Source: Kofleriaceae bacterium
GTDB taxonomy: Bacteria; Myxococcota_A; Polyangia; Haliangiales; Haliangiaceae
Direction: 5' to 3'
DNA length: 19,582 nt
NCBI GenBank assembly: GCA_046597055.1
Contig: JBKJLC010000135.1
Coordinates: forward strand, 1-19,582
The notes below the pieces were generated by a model that worked only from the letters and a program-made list of their open reading frames with translations, was not told where the DNA came from and did no database searches. Shown here piece by piece: positions 9,116 through 14,980 of the stretch. The position numbers were made by a program, and so were the translations under genes. The stretch's first letter is position 1. The number at the start of each line of letters is the position of its first letter.

Positions 9116-9145
9116 AGGATGACCGGGGCCCGCCGAGCGAGTCAA
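9116..9145 (-). promoter_or_regulatory. Putative sigma70-type promoter of the 6S-like RNA
   Basis: Minus strand TTGACT (9145-9140), 18-nt spacer, CATCCT (9121-9116). The predicted +1 A at 9109 coincides with the 5' end of the folded rod. Confidence 0.5.
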
Positions 9146-9196
9146 CCACGGCGCCGGGGCCGGCCGGTCACGGCCAGCGCCGCCTCGCGCGCTCGA

Positions 9197-9523
9197 TCAG
9201 GCGGGCACCAGCGCGGGGTGGCGGCGCGCCCACGCCTGCCGCAGCTCGTCGAGCGAGCCGCCGAGGCCAGCGAGCGCCTCGAGTGACTCGGGCAGGCCGA
9301 CGTGCAGCACGTCGAGCAACGTGTCGAGCTCGTCATCGCCAGCGCTGGCCTGCCACGCGTCGAGGGCGCGGCCGACCTTCACCAGCTGCACCGCCTCGTC
9401 GGAGATCGCGGCGTGGTGCCAGCGCATCGCGCCGCCGCAGCGGCGGCACGGTCGGGTGTCCGGCCACAGCAGCGCGCACACGAAGCAGTCGTCGCCGGCA
9501 AACCCGTCGCGGATGCCCTCCAT
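9197..9523 (-). CDS. Small hypothetical protein with CxxC-x9-CxxC putative zinc ribbon (108 aa)
   Basis: CFVC and CRRC motifs followed by an acidic helical region; starts 3 nt after the stop of the upstream gene; host-like codon usage. Confidence 0.7.
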   Translation of the reverse strand: MEGIRDGFAGDDCFVCALLWPDTRPCRRCGGAMRWHHAAISDEAVQLVKVGRALDAWQASAGDDELDTLLDVLHVGLPESLEALAGLGGSLDELRQAWARRHPALVPA

Positions 9524-9526
9524 GGC

Positions 9527-10888
9527 TCAGCCGTTGACGGCGCGGCGCGCGCTGGTGACGCGCGGTTGGGCCACGACCGCCTGGACCAGCCCGGCCACCA
9601 CGTCGCCGAGGCGACCGCGGCCGCTGACCACGCGCGCGCCGAGCTGCGCGAGCATCGCGACGTCGCGCTCGGCCAGCGAGTCGCCGATGACGACCAGGGC
9701 GGCGCTGGCGACCTCGTCGAGCCCGCGGGCGTACATGATGAGCTCGAGCGCGTTCATCCCCGGCTGGCTCAGGCCGAGCGCGGCATCGATCAGCACCAGC
9801 TCGGGCCGATCGCGGGTGAGCTTGGCCGCGGCCTCGCGGCCGTCGCGGGCGGCATCGACCTGGGCCCGGGGATGGGTGCGCCGGACCACGCTCCACAGCG
9901 TGCGGACCCGGTCGGTGTCGTCGTCGACGATCAGGACCCGGACCGTGCGCCGGGCCGCCGCCGCGCGCTCGGCGATGACATCGAGCTGGGCCAGCACGGT
10001 CGCGGCGTCGAGCGGCCGCGCCAGCGGATCCTTGGCCAGCAGCTCGCCGACCAGATCGGTCAGCTCGACCGGCAGGTCGGTGCGGGACTCGCCCAGCGCC
10101 GGCGGGCGGTGGTGGACGTGTCCGAACGCGGTCGCCTTGGCCGACTCGGCGGCGAACGGCGCCGCGCCGGTGGCGAGCTCGAACGCGAGGCAGCCGAGGC
10201 CGTAGAGATCGATCGCGCTCGCCGCCGCCGGATCGGTCGCCGCGTACGCGCCGGTGATCACCTCGGGCGCCAGGCAAACACCGTCGGGTCCCGCTGCCGG
10301 GATCTGCCCGAGCGACAGCCGTCCGAACACGATCCGGGGCCCGGCGACCAGCAGGGTCTCGGGCGCGAGATCGCCGATCGCGAACCCGGCCCGGTGGGTG
10401 AGCACCACCGCGCGGGTCACCTGCTGGAGCAACTCGAGGAGCTCGACCGGCGTGAACCGACCGCCGACCGCGCCGCTCGCGAGCAGCTGGTCGCGCACGG
10501 TGACGCCGCTGATCCGCTCGCCGACCACGTACTCGAGGCCGCGATGGTTGCCGACCGCGAACACCGCCGCGCCGGCCCCGCCGCCGACCGCGGCCGCCCG
10601 CCGCGCCTCGGGCACCAGCGAGGTCGCGCCGGGATCGCGCCAGCCAACCCGCAGCACGACCGGCCGCTCCATCAACATGTCCCAGGCCTCGAACGCGGAG
10701 CCGCCCTCGGCCCGCGCCAGCTCGCTGCGCACCGTGTAGGCCGAGCTCACGACCTCGCCGACCCCGAGCGCCGGCTCGGGGCTCTCGCGGAACCCGGCCG
10801 GCGCGGTGAAGGTCCGCCCAGGTCCGGTCCCCGGCTTCCCCGGACCGGTGCCGGGTACCAGGGGAAACTTCTGTCCACGCCAGCTCAT
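9527..10888 (-). CDS. Ser/Thr protein kinase-like (pseudokinase) domain fused to a C-terminal receiver domain (453 aa)
   Basis: Hanks-type scaffold (YTVRSELA, CLAPEVI, IDLYGLGCLAFELATGAAPF, LLAKDPLARP) with catalytic motifs altered; REC VLIVDDD...DGREA...PELVLIDAALG. ATG 10888 preferred because 10972 overlaps the alkA-like gene. Confidence 0.85.
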   Translation of the reverse strand: MSWRGQKFPLVPGTGPGKPGTGPGRTFTAPAGFRESPEPALGVGEVVSSAYTVRSELARAEGGSAFEAWDMLMERPVVLRVGWRDPGATSLVPEARRAAAVGGGAGAAVFAVGNHRGLEYVVGERISGVTVRDQLLASGAVGGRFTPVELLELLQQVTRAVVLTHRAGFAIGDLAPETLLVAGPRIVFGRLSLGQIPAAGPDGVCLAPEVITGAYAATDPAAASAIDLYGLGCLAFELATGAAPFAAESAKATAFGHVHHRPPALGESRTDLPVELTDLVGELLAKDPLARPLDAATVLAQLDVIAERAAAARRTVRVLIVDDDTDRVRTLWSVVRRTHPRAQVDAARDGREAAAKLTRDRPELVLIDAALGLSQPGMNALELIMYARGLDEVASAALVVIGDSLAERDVAMLAQLGARVVSGRGRLGDVVAGLVQAVVAQPRVTSARRAVNG

Positions 10889-10943
10889 AACGACCGACCC
10901 CAGCCTATCCTGATTTCTCTCAGAGGAGGTCGCGAGGCGACGG

Positions 10944-11570
10944 TCAGGGGTTCCGACCATCCTCGACCACACGCCACATGTACCACGCGGCCAGCGAGCG
11001 CCAGGGCCGCCAGGGCGCGGCCGACTTCACCAACCGCGCCGGGTCCGGCAGGCTGCGCAGGCGCAAGAACTGCTGGGTCCCCAGGCGAACGCCGAGGTCA
11101 CCGACCGGCCACACGTCGGGGCGCCCCAGTCCGAACATCAGGAACATGTCGACCGACCACGGGCCGATGCCGCGCACCGGCAGCAGCATCGCCGCGACCT
11201 CGTCGTCGCCGCCGCGCATGAGCGCGCTCGCGCGCACGCGGCGGTCGGCGAAGTGCGCCGCCAGATCGAGCAGCGCCAGCGCCTTGGGGCGCGACACGCC
11301 GGCCTGCCGCAGATGAGAGGCGGAGCTGGCGGCCAGCACCGCCGGCCGCGGGAACCGGCCGAACAGGGCCACGAAGCGGCGCAGGATCGCCGCGGCCGCG
11401 GCGCCGGCGAGCTGCTGGTAGATGATCGATCGGGCCAGGCTCGCGAACGGATCGCGGGTCGGCGTGAGGTCGGGCAGCCCGTGGCGGTCGACCAGCGGGC
11501 CGAAGCGAGGCTCGACCGCGCGCAGGTGCGCGGCGGCGACGACGAGGTCGGGGCCGGGGCCGGGCGTCAT
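10944..11570 (-). CDS. alkA: DNA-3-methyladenine glycosylase II family (HhH-GPD), short form, 208 aa
   Basis: DPFASLARSIIYQQL, HhH LLPVRGIGPWSVDMFL, catalytic Asp in DVWPVGDLGV, WRPWRSLAAWYMWR. ATG overlaps the upstream TGA (ATGA). Confidence 0.92.
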   Translation of the reverse strand: MTPGPGPDLVVAAAHLRAVEPRFGPLVDRHGLPDLTPTRDPFASLARSIIYQQLAGAAAAAILRRFVALFGRFPRPAVLAASSASHLRQAGVSRPKALALLDLAAHFADRRVRASALMRGGDDEVAAMLLPVRGIGPWSVDMFLMFGLGRPDVWPVGDLGVRLGTQQFLRLRSLPDPARLVKSAAPWRPWRSLAAWYMWRVVEDGRNP

Positions 11571-12586
11571 CCGTCGGGAGGAGCTACCACGCCGCGCGCG
11601 GTCCGGATCGCGTGATCGTGGGGCGCGAACGCGTCGAGCGACTGGGCCTGCATCGGCCGCCAGAACGCACCCCACGCGGCGCGGGCCCGGGTCCGCAGCG
11701 GCGCCGGCGCCGGCGGGAACCACAGCTCGATCGACGCGTTGATGCTCATCGCCGCGACGCTGCGATCGCGCCCGAGCTGGATGCCGAGCGCCTGGTAGGC
11801 GGCGTTCAGCGCGGCCAGCTGCTTCTTGCGCACGACCTCGATGATCGCCCGCGGCTCGATGCCGAGCGTCCGGAAGTCGTCCTGCATCAGCCGCAGCTCG
11901 GCCAGCCCCCAGTACAGGATGCGGGCCTGGAACAGGACCAGCTTCGCGACCTGCCGGCGCGACATGGTCGCCATCAGGCTCGGCAAGTACTGCATGCCGA
12001 GCCCGACGTGGCGCGCCTCGTCGCGCTCGTAGTAGCGCAAGAGCTCGGTCAACACGGGCTCGACCGCCTGCTCGCGGACCGCCTGGAACAGCGCCAGCGC
12101 GATCGTCTCGATCATGAGCTGCATGCCCATGAGCTTGCAGGCGAGGTCATCGGTCTCGAGCACCAGGTCGAGCAGCGCCTGCGGTGCGCGGGCCAGCTTG
12201 CCGGGGCTGAAGCCGAGCGCGGCCAGGTAGTCGTGCATGACGTAGAAGTGGCGGGCCTCGTCGAAGGCCTGGCTGGTCGCGGCCAGCTTGGCCTCGAGCG
12301 GCACCAGCTGGTCGGCGAGCTGCGCCGAGATCTTCCACGCCGCCAGCTCGCCCCACAGGATGATCGTGAACACCCGCTCGAGCGCGCCGCGCTTGTCGTC
12401 CGGCACCCGGACACCCTGGTGGCGGGCGAGCAGCTCGCCGAGGATGTCCTTGCCGTCCCACGCCAGCACCTGGCTGCGGTGGTAGATGTTCTCGCACTTC
12501 ACCAGTCGACGCGCCTCGTCGGCCGAGCGCGTCAGGTCGAACATGTCGTAGCGGAGCTGGGTGTGACCGAATCCGGCGATCGTCAT
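11567..12586 (-). CDS. Ferritin-like superfamily diiron-carboxylate protein (339 aa), function unknown
   Basis: Two E...ExxH sets: WGELAA...FDEARH and MIETIA...RDEARH. Shine-Dalgarno CAGGAGGG just before ATG 12586. Confidence 0.88.
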   Translation of the reverse strand: MTIAGFGHTQLRYDMFDLTRSADEARRLVKCENIYHRSQVLAWDGKDILGELLARHQGVRVPDDKRGALERVFTIILWGELAAWKISAQLADQLVPLEAKLAATSQAFDEARHFYVMHDYLAALGFSPGKLARAPQALLDLVLETDDLACKLMGMQLMIETIALALFQAVREQAVEPVLTELLRYYERDEARHVGLGMQYLPSLMATMSRRQVAKLVLFQARILYWGLAELRLMQDDFRTLGIEPRAIIEVVRKKQLAALNAAYQALGIQLGRDRSVAAMSINASIELWFPPAPAPLRTRARAAWGAFWRPMQAQSLDAFAPHDHAIRTARGVVAPPDG

Positions 12587-12659
12587 GCGTCCCTCCTGAC
12601 CAAAGTTCAATAATGCCACGAGATGCCGCCGGTGGGCAGCTCGTCGCGCACGGAGGTTG

Positions 12660-12748
12660 GTCACCGTCACAACCTCAGGCTGCCCAGCGCCTCCCGCACG
12701 CGCTCACGCACCACCAGGAACTCCTCCACCCCCGGATGCGCCGCGGTC
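12660..12748. repeat. Left copy of 89-bp direct repeat (displaced copy of the AbiEii-like gene 3' end)
   Basis: gtcaccgtcacaacctcaggctg...ggatgcgccgcggtc matches 14213-14301 except at 12675 (t) versus 14228 (c). On the minus strand it encodes TAAHPGVEEFLVVRERVREALGSLRL-stop. Confidence 0.97.
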
Positions 12749-12780
12749 GAGCTCGCGCTCGTGGCCCCCTTCGCTGGGGT

Positions 12781-12802
12781 CCCCTGACGATGGCGTCAGG
12801 GG
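12781..12802 (-). terminator. Perfect 9-bp hairpin overlapping the PRTase-like stop codon
   Basis: cccctgacg-atgg-cgtcagggg; no U-tract. Confidence 0.4.
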
Positions 12803-13350
12803 GCGTCGATGTGACCGGCGAGCGTCGCGTCATCCGGGTCGTAGCTGATCTCGAACTTGCGCGGCGTGTAGGCGTCCTCGCGGGGTTGGCTGTCGGTGAT
12901 GGCCACCGCGAACGCTGCAACCCGTCCCGTAGCGCCAAGGAATCGATCCAGGGCGATGATGCTGCGACCTCGGTGGACGTTGTCGTCCACCATCACGATG
13001 ATCCCGGTAAGCGGGACCGCCGCGGACGTGCGTCGAAGGTTGGCAACGAGCGCCGCCGTCGAGTTGTCGTGCCCGTCATGCTTGGCTAAAAGCGGCGCAG
13101 CCTGCGCGGCGAGCACCCGCACCTCCCCGAGACCGGCGCCTGCTCGATGGCATTGGTCCGGTCGACGCGGACGGGCGCCGACGAGGGATGCCGGGGATGC
13201 GCGATCACCTGGGGTGGGTTCGGCCTCGCCCGGTTGTCCTTCACCGCGTAGAGCAAGCCCCGCATCGGCGACGAGTTCGGCGTCCACGCCGCGCGCGGTC
13301 GCACCCTTGGCGTAGTAAGTGCCGAGAGCAAGACCTTTGATGACACGCAT
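12796..13350 (-). pseudogene. Phosphoribosyltransferase-fold protein (DprA-associated, ShosT-like), apparently frameshifted and internally deleted
   Basis: PRPP-loop-like motif IIVMVDDNVHRGRSI; starts 4 nt after the dprA-like stop. Over 13260-13141 the annotated frame has 20/40 G/C-ending codons while the +1 frame (WTPNSSPMRGLLYAVKDNR...) has 36/40. Confidence 0.7.
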
Positions 13351-13354
13351 CGCG

Positions 13355-14050
13355 TCACGCGCCCAGGACGTAGCGGATCACGTCGTCGGAGGAGCGCAGC
13401 GGGCGGCCCAGCGGCTTGCCCTCGCCGACGAAGCGCCGCGGCCAGCTTACGTTCGGATTGTCGAGCACGGCGCCAGCGATGAACACTGGGTGCTGTGCCG
13501 TGACGCTCTCGGCAGCCTGATGCAACGAGCCGCTGGTGTCACTCGCCTCGATGATGACGGTGGCCTGGGCGAGGCGCGCCATGATGCGGTTCCGTTCGGG
13601 GAAGTTCGACGGCACGAACTTCTGGCCCCACTCGAACGGAGACACCAGCAGGTGGTCTCTGTAGATGAGCTGCTGGAGTGCAGCATGCTTGGACGGGTAC
13701 ACCTTATCGAGCGGCGTGCCTACCACTGCGATGGTGCGTCCGCCGTGGTCGATGCACGCCGTGTGCGCGGCGTAGTCGATGCCTTCAGCCAGTCCGGAGA
13801 CCACGACTACCCCGGCGCGCGCGCAGTCACGGGCGAGTTGTGACGCTCGTTTGCGTGCCTCGGGGGTCGCCTTCCGCGCGCCGACGATGGCGATACGAGG
13901 CTGGTCGAGTAACGAGAGATCACCGACGCAGTGAACCTGAGGAAACCGCAGCATCAGGCCGTTGGAGATCCCGAGGCGCTGCGCTGGTACCGTGGCCACG
14001 TCGCCCCGGTCGGGCGGCGCGTATTCGGCGGTGGGCGATGCGGCGGACAT
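13355..14050 (-). CDS. dprA: Short DprA/Smf-family protein, Rossmann domain only (231 aa)
   Basis: GDLSLLDQPRIAIVGARKAT, VVVSGLAEGIDYAAH, GGRTIAVVGTPLDKVYP, NFPERNRIMA, TVIIEASDTSGSLHQA. No N-terminal SAM or C-terminal winged-helix domain, so probably not the competence ortholog. Start uncertain (14050, 14104 or 14125). Confidence 0.93.
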   Translation of the reverse strand: MSAASPTAEYAPPDRGDVATVPAQRLGISNGLMLRFPQVHCVGDLSLLDQPRIAIVGARKATPEARKRASQLARDCARAGVVVVSGLAEGIDYAAHTACIDHGGRTIAVVGTPLDKVYPSKHAALQQLIYRDHLLVSPFEWGQKFVPSNFPERNRIMARLAQATVIIEASDTSGSLHQAAESVTAQHPVFIAGAVLDNPNVSWPRRFVGEGKPLGRPLRSSDDVIRYVLGA

Positions 14051-14165
14051 CAGCAACGGGTCGGGACCATAGCCGGCGGGGGTGACGGCGCACCGCGGCA
14101 CCATCCGAAGGTGCCGGGATTCCACGGAGGCGGCGGCACGTTACACCGGCGTGCAAGCCCAATAT

Positions 14166-14190
14166 CCGAAGCGCGCCGGGCACGCTTCGG
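14166..14190 (-). terminator. Hairpin about 30 nt after the AbiEii-like stop, inside the islet
   Basis: Minus-strand RNA ccgaagcgugc-ccg-gcgcgcuucgg (11 bp including one G-U pair) followed by auauu. Confidence 0.45.
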
Positions 14191-14212
14191 GTCCACGCAA
14201 GTTCGCCTCTCC

Positions 14213-14301
14213 GTCACCGTCACAACCCCAGGCTGCCCAGCGCCTCCCGCACGCGCTCACGCACCACCAGGAACTCCTCCACCCCCGGATGCGCCGCGGT
14301 C
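14213..14301. repeat. Right copy of 89-bp direct repeat (current 3' end of the AbiEii-like gene)
   Basis: 88/89 identical to 12660-12748; contains the stop codon at 14220-14222 plus 7 nt beyond it. Confidence 0.97.
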
Positions 14302-14828
14302 AGCGCCCGCCACTTCCGCACGCCACCCCGCGACGTCCCCCAGTCACCGCGGCTCCGGAAGTCATCGAGCGCCGCCAGCCCTAGCCCGCGCGAGCCAAAC
14401 GCGACCGCGACCCCGGCCCGGGTCGCCTCCCGATCGAGCCCCGCATGTCGCCACAGCAGATCGAGATCGAACAGGTCCTTGGCCCGCCAGCGGCCCCGCC
14501 CGTGCTCGCACAGGCCATGCAGCTTCCACCCGAACAGGGTCTCGGCCGCGCACGCGACCACCGCCCCGACCCCGGGGATCAGGACCGGCCGCGCCGGTAC
14601 CGCCATCGGGTCGCCGATCGCCAGGTCGATCTGGAACTGATGACCGCGCACGCCGCCGACGTCGCCGGCGACGATCGCGCGCAGGCCGGGTGACGCGGTC
14701 CCCGCGAAGTCGACGTCCACCGGCGCCCGCGCGCCCGGGCACAGCGCGGCGGTGACCAGGCTGCCGCGCAGCACCCACCCGTCGGCGGCTGGGGCGACCC
14801 GCGCCCGCCGCAACCACCCGGCGAGCAA
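14220..14828 (-). CDS. AbiEii/AbiGii-family nucleotidyltransferase (type IV toxin-like), orphan, possibly degenerate
   Basis: WVLRGSL (cf. LKGG), RAPVDVDF (DxD), QIDLAIGDP, ETLFGWKL, RWRAKDLFDL, VAFGSRG. Only a TTG start in frame, although the frame stays open upstream (…RRDGVNATDALIELLAGW). The segment after DxD is unusually short. Confidence 0.8.
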   Translation of the reverse strand: MLAGWLRRARVAPAADGWVLRGSLVTAALCPGARAPVDVDFAGTASPGLRAIVAGDVGGVRGHQFQIDLAIGDPMAVPARPVLIPGVGAVVACAAETLFGWKLHGLCEHGRGRWRAKDLFDLDLLWRHAGLDREATRAGVAVAFGSRGLGLAALDDFRSRGDWGTSRGGVRKWRALTAAHPGVEEFLVVRERVREALGSLGL

Positions 14829-14930
14829 CTCGATCAGCGCATCGGTCGCGTTGACGCCGTCGCGCCGGACCCGACCCCGTTGCTGATCGGCTTCATCGAG
14901 CGCCTGCCCGCAGCATCCCCGAAACGACGA

Positions 14931-14954
14931 CGGCCCGGCAAGGACGCCGGGCCG
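14931..14954 (-). terminator. Intrinsic terminator of fusA
   Basis: Perfect 9-bp stem cggcccggc-gtcctt-gccgggccg followed by tcgtcgtttc on the minus strand, 26 nt after the fusA stop. Confidence 0.7.
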
Positions 14955-14980
14955 AGGTGACCACCATGGCGGGCGGTCAG

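Larger units (their letters stand above)
12749..14212 (-). mobile_element. 1464-bp horizontally acquired islet (DprA-like + PRTase-like genes) between 89-bp direct repeats; no integrase or transposase
   Basis: Flanking direct repeats. Lower GC and more A/T-ending codons than the flanks (spot counts: 37/60 GC at 13681-13740 versus 49/60 at 14701-14760). Two-gene cargo. Confidence 0.75.

Noticed and set aside
10815..10862. Short PGTGPG repeat at the pseudokinase N-terminus
   Set aside because: Two copies in a low-complexity Pro/Gly linker; no further structure.
12796..14050. dprA plus PRTase as a natural-competence locus (dprA-comF)
   Set aside because: DprA lacks SAM and winged-helix domains, the PRTase lacks the ComF zinc ribbon, and the pair sits in a foreign-composition islet.
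12660..14301. Direct repeats as a CRISPR array or DGR template/variable repeat pair
   Set aside because: Only two copies 1.5 kb apart with one mismatch; no cas or reverse transcriptase gene in the window.
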